A stretch of DNA of 64,000 bases from Escherichia phage PECP14: sequence record OQ870555.1. One strand, written 5' to 3'. This document shows positions 53,093 to 62,590 of this stretch, piece after piece. The position numbers were made by a program, and so were the translations under genes. The notes below the pieces were generated by a model, which searched no databases, had not been told where the DNA came from, and saw nothing but the letters and a program-made list of their open reading frames with translations. Each line of letters opens with the position of its first letter. Position 1 is the first letter of the stretch.

Positions 53093-53509
53093 ATGTTTGC
53101 AGAACTATTCACCATGATATTACTAGGAATATGGAAAATAAGCCTAGTAATTTTCATCTTAATGATAATTCTCACTATTGTCGCACTAGTTACCCAAAAT
53201 GATACATTAAAGAAAGTCGTTCATGGGCTAGAGTATATAATTATGGGCACATTCGGCGTTTGCAAATGCAACTGCCAGAGGAATACGAAATATTGTTGGC
53301 TTTGGATGGAGTTAGAGAACTGCATCACAGTAGCCCTGGCTGTCTCATTCGGTATGATTCTTATGGCCCTTACTCTAGCATTGATACCACTAATGTTAGC
53401 TGGGGGAGTCACGGCTTATTTCACCCTTTTCTCCCCTATACTTATGTATTCAATATATCCAATAACTATGTACTTAGTTAGGAAGAGATTCCCACATCAA
53501 GCACACTAA
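53093..53509 (+). CDS. polytopic membrane protein
   Basis: four hydrophobic helices. Confidence 0.45.
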   Translation: MFAELFTMILLGIWKISLVIFILMIILTIVALVTQNDTLKKVVHGLEYIIMGTFGVCKCNCQRNTKYCWLWMELENCITVALAVSFGMILMALTLALIPLMLAGGVTAYFTLFSPILMYSIYPITMYLVRKRFPHQAH

Positions 53510-53522
53510 TATAAAAAAGTAG

Positions 53523-53551
53523 TTGACTTTCCGCTGAAATTTTTATATAAT
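53523..53551 (+). promoter_or_regulatory. early promoter (TTGACT variant)
   Basis: TTGACT-17-TATAAT + ATAAATTGAATCAGAGGAG. Confidence 0.55.
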
Positions 53552-53584
53552 ATTTGTATAAATTGAATCAGAGGAGTTTCACAA

Positions 53585-53995
53585 ATGTCAGATCGTTACT
53601 ATACTCAGATGGCTAACCATTACAATATGGCTCCGTATGAATTGAACATCGCATTACGTGACCTCGATTCACCAGAGCGTGCAAAACTTGAGAAAAAGGC
53701 GGGAATTCGTATGTCTAGCAAGGGCAAGAAACTTACTCGTATTGACTTAAATACCATGCTAATGGAAGAGCTTGGCGTGAATATTGAAGGTCAGAAGTTG
53801 CCTCTCAATGTTCTTGAAACGATGCTGGATAAAGTCAAAAAGAAAACCTATAAGAAAGTACAAGTACCGGAAGGCAGGCTAAAAGCCCCTTATCAGGCTG
53901 CTGTATCTGAGTGCTTAGGTGCTACCTTAGATCTTAGCACTGCAACAGTAAAAGTAATGAAGGCATTTTTGGAGGCCATTAATAAACATGAGTAA
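53585..53995 (+). CDS. hypothetical protein
   Basis: promoter cassette upstream. Confidence 0.5.
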   Translation: MSDRYYTQMANHYNMAPYELNIALRDLDSPERAKLEKKAGIRMSSKGKKLTRIDLNTMLMEELGVNIEGQKLPLNVLETMLDKVKKKTYKKVQVPEGRLKAPYQAAVSECLGATLDLSTATVKVMKAFLEAINKHE

Positions 53996-54278
53996 ATTAG
54001 TATATCTATTGAAGGGATCTACCTGCAATCCATGCAAGATGTTTGAGCCTGTATTTGATAAAGTAGTACAGGATTACAGTTTAGAAGTTCATAAAGAGAC
54101 TGATAACACAGAACTTATGCAGAAATTTGGCGTTCGTCAGGTTCCTGTAGTAGTTCTAGCAGATCGTCTCCCGAATGGTCGTGTGGAAGCCAACCACATT
54201 CTGATTGGTCGTCAGCTTCGTAAGGAAACTATGCACGATGCAATCAAAAACTTCCTGGAAGATAATCCAGAAGATTAA
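53988..54278 (+). CDS. thioredoxin/glutaredoxin-like protein
   Basis: CNPC active-site-like motif. Confidence 0.5.
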   Translation: MSKLVYLLKGSTCNPCKMFEPVFDKVVQDYSLEVHKETDNTELMQKFGVRQVPVVVLADRLPNGRVEANHILIGRQLRKETMHDAIKNFLEDNPED

Positions 54279-54284
54279 TACCCA

Positions 54285-54316
54285 AAGCCTAGTCTTAGCT
54301 GACTAGGCTTTTTTAT
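54285..54316 (+). terminator. intrinsic terminator
   Basis: AAGCCTAGTC...GACTAGGCTT + TTTTT. Confidence 0.6.
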
Positions 54317-54319
54317 TAC

Positions 54320-54349
54320 TTGCTTTCTGCTAAAAATTTTGATATAATA
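54320..54349 (+). promoter_or_regulatory. early promoter cassette
   Basis: TTGCTT-18-TATAAT. Confidence 0.5.
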
Positions 54350-54379
54350 TATGTATAAATTGATGAGAGGAGTATCACA

Positions 54380-54760
54380 TTGAATTACGCATATCTTATA
54401 ATACATAACAACGTGGTCTGTGGTACTCGTGCTGTAGAAATGGGAATCACAGAAGAAAAATATAAGTCACTGCCTGAAAAGGAGCAAGAATATTATGTTG
54501 AGCAAGCTGCTTGGGAATATGCTGAAGTTTATCCCGAAGAACGTGAAGGCCGTGTTACTATTGTTGTTGCTCTGGGGCTGGTGGGCTGTGATACCGAAGT
54601 TGATACAGATCTAGAAACACTTGAAGAATGGGAAGGATTGGATATTGCAGAACAAAATGCTATCATCCGTCAATCTTTCTGGGAAGTAGTAGACTGTCAC
54701 GTTGTCTTTGAGCCAAATGATACAGAAGCTGAAAAACACACTAATTGGATGACTCGATAA
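54380..54760 (+). CDS. hypothetical acidic protein
   Basis: TTG start after promoter cassette. Confidence 0.4.
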   Translation: MNYAYLIIHNNVVCGTRAVEMGITEEKYKSLPEKEQEYYVEQAAWEYAEVYPEEREGRVTIVVALGLVGCDTEVDTDLETLEEWEGLDIAEQNAIIRQSFWEVVDCHVVFEPNDTEAEKHTNWMTR

Positions 54761-55623
54761 TGAAAAAAGAATTTAACCTGCACGAAATGTTAGTAGTACC
54801 AGACGATGTTAACCTGTTCTTCGTAGGAGATATTCACGGCTGTAATGATATGCTGGAAGATGCTCTTAAACTAGCAGGATATAAAGAAAAGCGTGACTAT
54901 GTTGTCTGTGTTGGCGACTTAATTGACCGTGGCCCGCAGAACTTACAGGTTCTAGCCAAATTCTTATATAACCCACGCTTCCGTAGCGTTCGTGGCAACC
55001 ATGATCAGTTTATGATTGCCGGGGATTATGCCAACTGGATGTATAATGGTGGAATGTGGGCAATGAATGATCTGGATACCGATACAATTAAAGGTATCGC
55101 AGAAGATATGGCAGTTAAAATGCCAGTATTCATGACTGTACTCCATCGTGGCAAGAAATACGGTGTTGTTCATGGTGGAATACCATTCCAGTATAAAGAT
55201 GCGGGATTCGATGTACATACACCTAATTGGGACGATATTATTGATCATATCGCTGCAAGTGAAAATGATCCTAATGATCATCCTAGTTATTACATTGAGC
55301 CATATCTATGGGATCGTGATGTAATTCAGGAAATTGGTTTTCATCTGTCTAAGCAAGGTGCAGAGCACCCCTATTTCCAGCGTTATGCAGGATTTAAAGA
55401 TGAATTGACTGTGGAAGTACCAGAAGTTGAGAGTGTGGATTTCGTATTCCACGGACACACTGGTGTTCCTTACCCAATTCTGTACAAGAACCGTGTTTAT
55501 CTCGATACTGGCGGTGTTTTCAACGGGCAGTTGACGGTTGCGCAAGTTAATGATGAAGCTGGTAAGATTATGACATTTACCACTGACAAAGATGATAGCT
55601 GTGGTGTACAGAGGATTCTATAA
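54760..55623 (+). CDS. Ser/Thr protein phosphatase (PPP-family metallophosphatase)
   Basis: GDIHGC, GDLIDRG, RGNHD motifs. Confidence 0.75.
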   Translation: MKKEFNLHEMLVVPDDVNLFFVGDIHGCNDMLEDALKLAGYKEKRDYVVCVGDLIDRGPQNLQVLAKFLYNPRFRSVRGNHDQFMIAGDYANWMYNGGMWAMNDLDTDTIKGIAEDMAVKMPVFMTVLHRGKKYGVVHGGIPFQYKDAGFDVHTPNWDDIIDHIAASENDPNDHPSYYIEPYLWDRDVIQEIGFHLSKQGAEHPYFQRYAGFKDELTVEVPEVESVDFVFHGHTGVPYPILYKNRVYLDTGGVFNGQLTVAQVNDEAGKIMTFTTDKDDSCGVQRIL

Positions 55624-55991
55624 TGGAACGTGAAGAACGTTATGTAGTTATAAAGCTGTCTGATATTGAGAAAGCCCTAGAATTAGGGCATATCACTCAA
55701 AGTAACTTTACCACTTTGGAACATATCTTGTCCAAACTATGGTATAGTCGAGCACAACGTGGTAAAGAAGATCTCAAAACCGTCGTGGTAGAGCATGATT
55801 GGCCAGAGTACGAAGAAGTCTGGAAAATGCTAGAGAATCGTGTTGGTTTTGAGCAAGCACGACAGGAAGAACTTGACAAAGGATATCAAGAAGCGAAAGA
55901 GCACCATGAGGTTTATGATGAAATATTCAAACTTCGTGGTATTAGTAGTTATTGTCAGGGTTGGAATAAATATGCGGAGGAAGTTCTGTAA
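55623..55991 (+). CDS. hypothetical protein
   Basis: ORF. Confidence 0.45.
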   Translation: MEREERYVVIKLSDIEKALELGHITQSNFTTLEHILSKLWYSRAQRGKEDLKTVVVEHDWPEYEEVWKMLENRVGFEQARQEELDKGYQEAKEHHEVYDEIFKLRGISSYCQGWNKYAEEVL

Positions 55992-56197
55992 TGAAGAGAT
56001 TACTACTATTATCAGTACTAATACTAGCTGGATGTGATTCCTACGATGATAATATGAGATTTACTGCAGAAGATACAAAACACTTATGTGATGTAGCTGG
56101 AGGTGAGCTAGATTATTCCAGTATTCAAATTGGACTCACAAAAGGTATATTCTACGATAGTTATACTATTACATCCACATGTGTAAGGGATAAATAA
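55991..56197 (+). CDS. putative lipoprotein
   Basis: lipobox LILAGC. Confidence 0.4.
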   Translation: MKRLLLLSVLILAGCDSYDDNMRFTAEDTKHLCDVAGGELDYSSIQIGLTKGIFYDSYTITSTCVRDK

Positions 56198-56787
56198 TGA
56201 AAGTTAAATTCTGGAGTGAACTCCACTTAGACCACCCAGGGATTCTTCGTTTTCGCCCCTGGTTTAAGAACATGAAAGAGCACGATGAGTATATCCTAGA
56301 TACTTTGTCCAAGCACATTGGCAAGCGTACAAAACTTGTGCTGCTAGGAGATAGTGCCGTGGGGCGAGAAGGGTTGGCCAAGTTGAAGTCGGTTATCCAC
56401 AACGTGCCTAACCAGCTAATTATGGGAAACCACGATGCAGAGCGTCAGGGTCTACGTATTAAAGATCTTGTAGACGTTTATGACGATATTCAGGCTCTAG
56501 GTAAGCAAACAGGTGGTGGCAAGAAGTTCTGGCTGTCGCACTGTCCTTTACACCCAGAGGAACTTCGTGGTAAGCTGAACATTCACGGACATGTGCACAC
56601 CAATTCTGTGCGTGACCCACGTTATATCAACGTCTCTTTTGAGATGAGCAAGACTCCTATTCCTTTAGAGGATATTGTGTCTGGCAAGTTCACAAGCTAT
56701 GATAAAGTGGTTAACTGCACTACTGGTGAAGTACTCCAAATCGATGAAGATGTGGTAGCGGTATTGAGGGAAGATATCAATGTTTGA
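56197..56787 (+). CDS. calcineurin-like metallophosphoesterase
   Basis: LLGDSAVG, GNHD, GHVHT motifs. Confidence 0.55.
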   Translation: MKVKFWSELHLDHPGILRFRPWFKNMKEHDEYILDTLSKHIGKRTKLVLLGDSAVGREGLAKLKSVIHNVPNQLIMGNHDAERQGLRIKDLVDVYDDIQALGKQTGGGKKFWLSHCPLHPEELRGKLNIHGHVHTNSVRDPRYINVSFEMSKTPIPLEDIVSGKFTSYDKVVNCTTGEVLQIDEDVVAVLREDINV

Positions 56788-56849
56788 TTTTGATGGCATG
56801 GCTCGTGAGATATTTATAGCAATAGGGATAGTAGTTCTTATCTCTTTCT

Positions 56850-56880
56850 TTATAGGCCTAGGCTTAGGCCTTTTATTTTA
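56850..56880 (+). terminator. palindromic hairpin + T-run
   Basis: GGCCTAGGCTTAGGCC + TTTTATTTTA. Confidence 0.45.
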
Positions 56881-56888
56881 AAACTTCA

Positions 56889-56918
56889 TTTGCTAAAACG
56901 CTTAGTTTTCTGTATAAT
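56889..56918 (+). promoter_or_regulatory. early promoter cassette
   Basis: TTGCTA-18-TATAAT. Confidence 0.5.
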
Positions 56919-56948
56919 TACTTTATAAATTGATGAGAAGGAATCAAA

Positions 56949-57380
56949 ATGCAAAAGATTGATAAAGCACTCTTAATCGCAACAGCAGATAAGTTTGAGC
57001 AAGTTAAAGCTACTTTTAAGGCAGTCTTTCAGTCCTATGTTCAAGACAAATCGAACCCGATTTCTGAGCGTTTGATGATGTGGGAATGTTTTGCTTGCAA
57101 TGCTCTGCTAATTTCCGATTATAAGGGAGAAGTATCTGAGGAATTGCATGAGATCTTTATTAATGAGGATACTCCACGCTATCAGTTAGTGAACTTCCAA
57201 GATCTAGCTGAGCAAGTTATTCCTGATGATCTTTGGGACAAGTATTACGGTGATCCTGAAGAAGATGGTATGGAACCTGAGAAGTGCATTGAACTGATCT
57301 GTAAGGATCATCCTGAAATTGCTGAGAAATTTGAGTTAGTATTTGCTTCTGAGTTCTCAGGTTTCGTTAACGATTGGTAA
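56949..57380 (+). CDS. hypothetical protein
   Basis: promoter cassette upstream. Confidence 0.5.
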   Translation: MQKIDKALLIATADKFEQVKATFKAVFQSYVQDKSNPISERLMMWECFACNALLISDYKGEVSEELHEIFINEDTPRYQLVNFQDLAEQVIPDDLWDKYYGDPEEDGMEPEKCIELICKDHPEIAEKFELVFASEFSGFVNDW

Positions 57381-57397
57381 GTAAATAAAAAATTCAG

Positions 57398-57426
57398 TTG
57401 CTTTTAGCTTTAAAATTCTGTATAAT
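57398..57426 (+). promoter_or_regulatory. early promoter cassette
   Basis: TTGCTT-17-TATAAT. Confidence 0.5.
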
Positions 57427-57458
57427 AAGTTCATAAATTAATGAGAGAGGAAATTCTA

Positions 57459-57710
57459 ATGGAAAACATGACTAAAACTGAAATGGCTAACGTTCTGGCA
57501 ATTCTCCTCGATATGCAGGGTTTTGAAGGTCAGCTCATGAAGATGTCTATTCCGGCAATGAAAAAGATGTACGATTCTCTGAACAAGAATGCTATGGCAT
57601 TCAACCTCGCAAAACAGGAAGCACGTTTTGCGAAAGAGCATCAAGCAACTGCCGAACGTCGTGCAGCATCTTTTGAGCGTGAAGTTAAGCAACTAAAAGG
57701 TAAGAAATAA
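57459..57710 (+). CDS. hypothetical protein
   Basis: promoter cassette + GAGAGAGG SD. Confidence 0.45.
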   Translation: MENMTKTEMANVLAILLDMQGFEGQLMKMSIPAMKKMYDSLNKNAMAFNLAKQEARFAKEHQATAERRAASFEREVKQLKGKK

Positions 57711-58123
57711 TGACTTACAGCCAATTCTTCTATTCACTAGGGCTTGGTGCCTTAGTTTCACTCTGTATTTCGATGGGCACGACGGGCTATATGCTTAGTC
57801 AAAGAGATGCAGATTTACCAAAACCAGTAACTAAAGAAGTATACGTTTATTCTAGTCCTGAAGTACAAGCAATAGCGGAACGTAATAGAGTGCTCGCAGA
57901 AGCAAACGTTGCACTTAAACAAACAGAATTAGATGAAGCGTTATCGAAATATTCTGGGGTTGAAGTAGTAGATGCCTACAAAATGGAAGACTCAATTGAA
58001 GTCAAGCTTCAAATTGAAGAGGGTAAAAGATTCTGTAAAATGAATGATTCCTCCTTATTAAAAATTAAGTTTTATGAAACTATAAGCCCCTACATTAAAT
58101 GTAGTAATGGAGTAACGGATTAA
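57710..58123 (+). CDS. membrane-anchored protein
   Basis: N-terminal TM. Confidence 0.45.
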   Translation: MTYSQFFYSLGLGALVSLCISMGTTGYMLSQRDADLPKPVTKEVYVYSSPEVQAIAERNRVLAEANVALKQTELDEALSKYSGVEVVDAYKMEDSIEVKLQIEEGKRFCKMNDSSLLKIKFYETISPYIKCSNGVTD

Positions 58124-58404
58124 TGATTACAGAAATTTTAATTGGATTGCTGGTTCTCACGACTTTAGCAGCAATTGGTGGAATCATTGGCATTCTTAAT
58201 GCTAATAAAAATATGGAAGCAATGAAGGCCACCAATAATGCGCTTTGGGAAAAATATATAGCTGCTGAAAAAGATATCGAAGACACGCAAAGACGTTCAG
58301 ATCTTCTTAAAGAAAAGCTAAAGAATGTTGAAGCTCTTGTTGGTAACACTAAACTTCCTATTAAAGTCCTGCGCGCTCAGGTAATCACGGAGATTAAGAA
58401 ATGA
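58123..58404 (+). CDS. small membrane protein
   Basis: ORF. Confidence 0.4.
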   Translation: MITEILIGLLVLTTLAAIGGIIGILNANKNMEAMKATNNALWEKYIAAEKDIEDTQRRSDLLKEKLKNVEALVGNTKLPIKVLRAQVITEIKK

Positions 58405-58646
58405 TGTTAATTATCTTAGCTTTTTATCTGGTTATTATTGGTGTTCTGGTTACTAAGTATCACACCTGGACTCCAAAGAACGTTGGTAAAGTAGCACTGT
58501 TTGTTCTGCCAGTTCCTATCATCATTGTTGCTATGTTGTTCACGATGTTGGCAGGTAAAGTGACAAAAACTGACGTAAAACGCATTGTAGACGAACTACA
58601 GCAATCTTCTGACCTGATCGAGGATATTCTGAAAGATGAAGCTTAA
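58401..58646 (+). CDS. small membrane protein
   Basis: ORF. Confidence 0.4.
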   Translation: MMLIILAFYLVIIGVLVTKYHTWTPKNVGKVALFVLPVPIIIVAMLFTMLAGKVTKTDVKRIVDELQQSSDLIEDILKDEA

Positions 58647-58968
58647 TTTTAGTGAATTAACCCTGCTGGACGAGTTTCTAGGTTTTGTTACTGAACGTGG
58701 GTTTATTAACGTAGACCCCCAGACACTAGAAGTCCTTCAATCTATCCAGAATAAAACTAAAACAGATCTGGAAGACTTATGGCGACCGCTTTCTGAGTTA
58801 ACTCCTCTTAATATGAAGGTGATTGTTAAAAATATTGAAACTGGTGAAGAACGTGAGATGGTTCGTAAAGAACTAGCTAATAGTTATTCTCCAGAGTCCT
58901 TAGTGATGCATCATGACGATGAACCAGAAACACTTTGGACAGCCCATTACGTTTGGCGTCTACCTTGA
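58636..58968 (+). CDS. hypothetical protein
   Basis: ORF. Confidence 0.45.
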   Translation: MKLNFSELTLLDEFLGFVTERGFINVDPQTLEVLQSIQNKTKTDLEDLWRPLSELTPLNMKVIVKNIETGEEREMVRKELANSYSPESLVMHHDDEPETLWTAHYVWRLP

Positions 58969-59067
58969 TTGATTTAACAACTGTTACGGCAATCCTAATC
59001 TTCGGTTTAGTGGTTGCCGTTTTCATAATCGTTGAGCAGGCCAAAGTAATACGGAGACTTAAAAACA

Positions 59068-59268
59068 ATGCTAAGACTTCTTAGTTCTAAGCTCTCCCAA
59101 TCCATTTGGGAGTATTTTATAATTTTACCAGCTTTTATGTTAAGTTGTGCAATCATTAACATTATGTATCAAGAAGCTGGTTGGACAGTTCAAGATTTCC
59201 ACATTTCACAAGTTCTTCCTTTCATGTATGAAGGCGTTATCGCAGCAATAAATGGAGTTCGTAAATGA
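59068..59268 (+). CDS. small membrane protein
   Basis: ORF. Confidence 0.4.
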   Translation: MLRLLSSKLSQSIWEYFIILPAFMLSCAIINIMYQEAGWTVQDFHISQVLPFMYEGVIAAINGVRK

Positions 59269-59732
59269 CAGCACTGCAAAGATTACAGAATTACTGGTTT
59301 GATGGCCAATTTAATGATCTATTCATCCAGTTGTTTGTCGAAACGAACGGACGTTTTAATTACCGCTTCTTTAATACTTTCCATGAGACGAAGTTCTCGC
59401 ATACAGAGATTAATGCAGCGATTCAAGATCTCACCGGTTCTAAGGTAATTCCTTATCGTGATGTAGATTTTGCACCTGATTGTTTTGGTTTTGAACTGTT
59501 TAAGAAAGCGTATAAGTTCGGTAAGTTCGAAGATGCACGACATTGGATTCATGACTTCTGGTATAACACCGATATCGTTCCTAGCCGTGTACTGATCCTC
59601 AACTGGATTGCTAAACAACATCCGCCGAAAGCACAGTCGGCATTCCTTCCAACTGATACAGGAAATCTTTACCATGACACAAAAGAAAAATCCAGTGCTA
59701 GAGCAGATGAAGCAGTTGGAGAAGCAGATTGA
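59265..59732 (+). CDS. hypothetical protein
   Basis: ORF. Confidence 0.45.
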   Translation: MTALQRLQNYWFDGQFNDLFIQLFVETNGRFNYRFFNTFHETKFSHTEINAAIQDLTGSKVIPYRDVDFAPDCFGFELFKKAYKFGKFEDARHWIHDFWYNTDIVPSRVLILNWIAKQHPPKAQSAFLPTDTGNLYHDTKEKSSARADEAVGEAD

Positions 59733-60057
59733 GGAAGGAAGCGTTGATGGGCAGTCAATTGTCAATCATGCTTTCGATCTTACAGTAGGATGTGCTAATC
59801 CGCTGGTGGCAGGTGAAACAGCAGATATTCTTGGGCTTTTAATGGCAGTTGGCCAGTTAATCGAGATTACCCAAGAAGAGCTAGATAATGATGAAGAAGT
59901 AACTGTTCATGATGTTCTCGGTGCTCTAGATCTGATTGTTAATGCTTATGCCTATAAACGCCGCCACTCAATTGATGAATATCTAGTTTCTCGTGAGATT
60001 ACTGAATCTCTTCTGGAAACTGCTGATATGGCCTTAAACGGCAAGCAACTTCACTAA
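59674..60057 (+). CDS. hypothetical protein
   Basis: internal Met start; overlaps previous ORF by 59 nt; terminator follows. Confidence 0.35.
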   Translation: MTQKKNPVLEQMKQLEKQIEEGSVDGQSIVNHAFDLTVGCANPLVAGETADILGLLMAVGQLIEITQEELDNDEEVTVHDVLGALDLIVNAYAYKRRHSIDEYLVSREITESLLETADMALNGKQLH

Positions 60058-60062
60058 TCCTA

Positions 60063-60092
60063 GAGGCCAGGACTTAATTGTTCTGGCCTTTC
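60063..60092 (+). terminator. hairpin terminator
   Basis: GGCCAG...CTGGCC + TTTCGTG. Confidence 0.45.
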
Positions 60093-60614
60093 GTGTATAC
60101 TATGAGAGATAAAATAAACGAATTACTTTATGAGGAAGCATTACAATTCCCCATAAATAGATTCACTAAATCAGATGGATCTATTAATAGAACTAAGCTC
60201 AAACAACTTCATCCAGACTTCCAGCAAGATGCACTTAATCTTATCTTTATCAGGAGAGCTGTAGAAGCACATGGTAAGTTCTTTGGATATGAAAGAGTTA
60301 AGTATAGAACTATGCAGCAGCAGGTTGAGATCTATTGCCCAGATCACGATGGTTACTTCTTGCAAACTGCACGGTCTCACTTAGAAGGACATGGTTGCCG
60401 ATTATGCGCTCATAAAGTTGTGACACGCTTAACAGAATATGGAGTGTACACCGTACCAGCACCTTTCCACAAATTTGTAGTTGACGGTGAGCATATAATT
60501 TGGTATAATAAAGATCAAAAGTTAAAACAGGAGTTAAAGAAAGATGGAGTACGTAGTCTGGTCAAACCCATTAGCTCTACTCTCCCACAAACTGTTCAAG
60601 ACGACGTGGGGTAG
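60078..60614 (+). CDS. hypothetical Cys/His-containing protein
   Basis: YCPDHDG...HGCRLCAHK. Confidence 0.4.
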   Translation: MFWPFVYTMRDKINELLYEEALQFPINRFTKSDGSINRTKLKQLHPDFQQDALNLIFIRRAVEAHGKFFGYERVKYRTMQQQVEIYCPDHDGYFLQTARSHLEGHGCRLCAHKVVTRLTEYGVYTVPAPFHKFVVDGEHIIWYNKDQKLKQELKKDGVRSLVKPISSTLPQTVQDDVG

Positions 60615-60828
60615 GAATGAGATAACTGTTAATGAGAATCCACTTAATCATCAACATCCTTTAGTCCCAATTCTCTATAAGATTATTATAAATGGTACAG
60701 AATACTTATTAGATGATTTTGGTAAAGAGTTTGTACAAGAAGCCATAGAAGATAATAGTATCTCTATGCGTGAAGTAATTAATAGAGCAGCCAACTTTGA
60801 TAAGAGTTGGATGCTAATCTGGGGTTAA
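60544..60828 (+). CDS. hypothetical protein
   Basis: ORF overlapping previous by 71 nt; start uncertain. Confidence 0.3.
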   Translation: MEYVVWSNPLALLSHKLFKTTWGRNEITVNENPLNHQHPLVPILYKIIINGTEYLLDDFGKEFVQEAIEDNSISMREVINRAANFDKSWMLIWG

Positions 60829-60829
60829 T

Positions 60830-61063
60830 ATGGAAATTATAGCAAGTGTCTTAGTAGTTATGTTATTCATCGTAATACTTGTATCTTTCGTTATTATGCG
60901 TAGAGCTAGAGAACTAGCGGAGGACGTAATGAAGTTACGTGGCGAGGTGGCTACTCTTAAATTACAGCGTGAGTCTCTTAAGTTATTTGTGGCTCAAGGT
61001 AGCCTAGAACATACAGCGGAAGACTTCATCGTATATCTTAAACGTTACATGGGAATCAAATAA
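60830..61063 (+). CDS. small membrane protein
   Basis: ORF. Confidence 0.4.
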   Translation: MEIIASVLVVMLFIVILVSFVIMRRARELAEDVMKLRGEVATLKLQRESLKLFVAQGSLEHTAEDFIVYLKRYMGIK

Positions 61064-61248
61064 TGGAAACACTACTTCTTGTACTACTAGGTGGCTCACT
61101 CTTAACCATTCTAGGCTTGATAATTGTATGCAGTCGCCTCAATGTTAAGAATCTAGAATTAAATAGTGAGAATGAGATTCTTAACCGAGAAATTAAACAA
61201 CATAATATCGCAGCTCGTAAGCTATTAGATAAACTGGAGAATAAATAA
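61063..61248 (+). CDS. small membrane protein
   Basis: ORF. Confidence 0.4.
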   Translation: METLLLVLLGGSLLTILGLIIVCSRLNVKNLELNSENEILNREIKQHNIAARKLLDKLENK

Positions 61249-61859
61249 TGTTTACACAACAAACCATTAAAGTAGTTGCAGATCATGAACTAGACACATG
61301 GGATTACAGCTTTAAAGATCTGACTGCTACAGTACAGTTTAAATCTATGCAACTGTCGTTTTTACACACTGATCTTCAAGGTTGTAAAGAGTTTCAGGCT
61401 AAACTCATGAATGCTCGTGCTATCTTTGGCACAGCTCGCATTCCGGCTGATAATCTGATTAATGCACTGATCGATGCAGGATACAAACTTGTGAAGACTG
61501 AGGTGAACCGCCCAAGTACTCCAGTGACTATTCGGGATCCGTGGCAGTCAGGGCCAATCGCAATGCTGAATAATTCTGATAAAAGATTAATGTCGGATAT
61601 GCACAATGTTCCTTGTGGTGGCGTGGTAAGTAATACGCAATCATATAAGTTTGGGGAAGATTGCAGTCCTTCTGTACAATTGAAACATACTCAAGAAGCT
61701 CTCGAATCTGATATGCGAAGCGTAGCACCTGCGGATGCTGGAGTTTCTAGGAACTCATATACTATTCATCTGAGCACGCCATCTAGTAAGAATGAGAGCT
61801 TAGCTGATGCTGTTATGGAAGCTCTTGTTGATCTGACTAACAGTAAGGGTTTTAATTAA
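61248..61859 (+). CDS. hypothetical protein
   Basis: ORF. Confidence 0.5.
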   Translation: MFTQQTIKVVADHELDTWDYSFKDLTATVQFKSMQLSFLHTDLQGCKEFQAKLMNARAIFGTARIPADNLINALIDAGYKLVKTEVNRPSTPVTIRDPWQSGPIAMLNNSDKRLMSDMHNVPCGGVVSNTQSYKFGEDCSPSVQLKHTQEALESDMRSVAPADAGVSRNSYTIHLSTPSSKNESLADAVMEALVDLTNSKGFN

Positions 61860-62590
61860 TGAAAGATTTGGCTGTAAAGTTTAAGAATATTCTAGCCCTC
61901 GCTAAGGGGGCAGATCATCGCTGTTTCTCTGATCTAACCGCTGAGGAGAAACATGCAGTAATGTTTGTTTGTGAGATGTTCCCTGCTAGATGGGAAGGTG
62001 GTAAGATTAAGTATGATAACAAAGCTGCAAAAGCTGACCTTGCTTACTCTTACGTTGATATGAATAAACTTCTCAAGTCTTTAGACCCAACTGCTAAAGG
62101 CCACATGGGAAACTATATTCACGTTATTATTGATGAACCTCTCCCAGCTTATAGAGAAACATCCGCTAGAGAAGCATTAGAAGCATATCCAGAACAATTG
62201 TACATTCCACCTAAGAAATGTAAGTTCGATCATCTTCCAACATTAGCATTTGAAACTAGCATCACATTTGAAGATATTTATAGAACGATTGGAGCTGTAG
62301 TAGCACGGATTGCAGTGGCACATCATCGTGATATAGAACTTACTACAGCGGAAGATTATATTCTATATGCTATTCATGATGAAAAGGATTCTTTCAAACG
62401 TTTAATGGATGCCCTAGGATTAGGTAGTCTCACTGCGCTTGTGCTTAACCAGGCTCCTAGAACCAAGCGTTATGCAAAAGGATCTATTACTCTCGAAGAA
62501 ACAGGATCTACATCTTCATTCCTTGCTACATATATTTATCTAGCATCTAAAGGAATCTATCTAAAGGCTAGAAAGAATGTCACTATATAA
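61859..62590 (+). CDS. hypothetical protein
   Basis: ORF. Confidence 0.5.
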   Translation: MKDLAVKFKNILALAKGADHRCFSDLTAEEKHAVMFVCEMFPARWEGGKIKYDNKAAKADLAYSYVDMNKLLKSLDPTAKGHMGNYIHVIIDEPLPAYRETSAREALEAYPEQLYIPPKKCKFDHLPTLAFETSITFEDIYRTIGAVVARIAVAHHRDIELTTAEDYILYAIHDEKDSFKRLMDALGLGSLTALVLNQAPRTKRYAKGSITLEETGSTSSFLATYIYLASKGIYLKARKNVTI

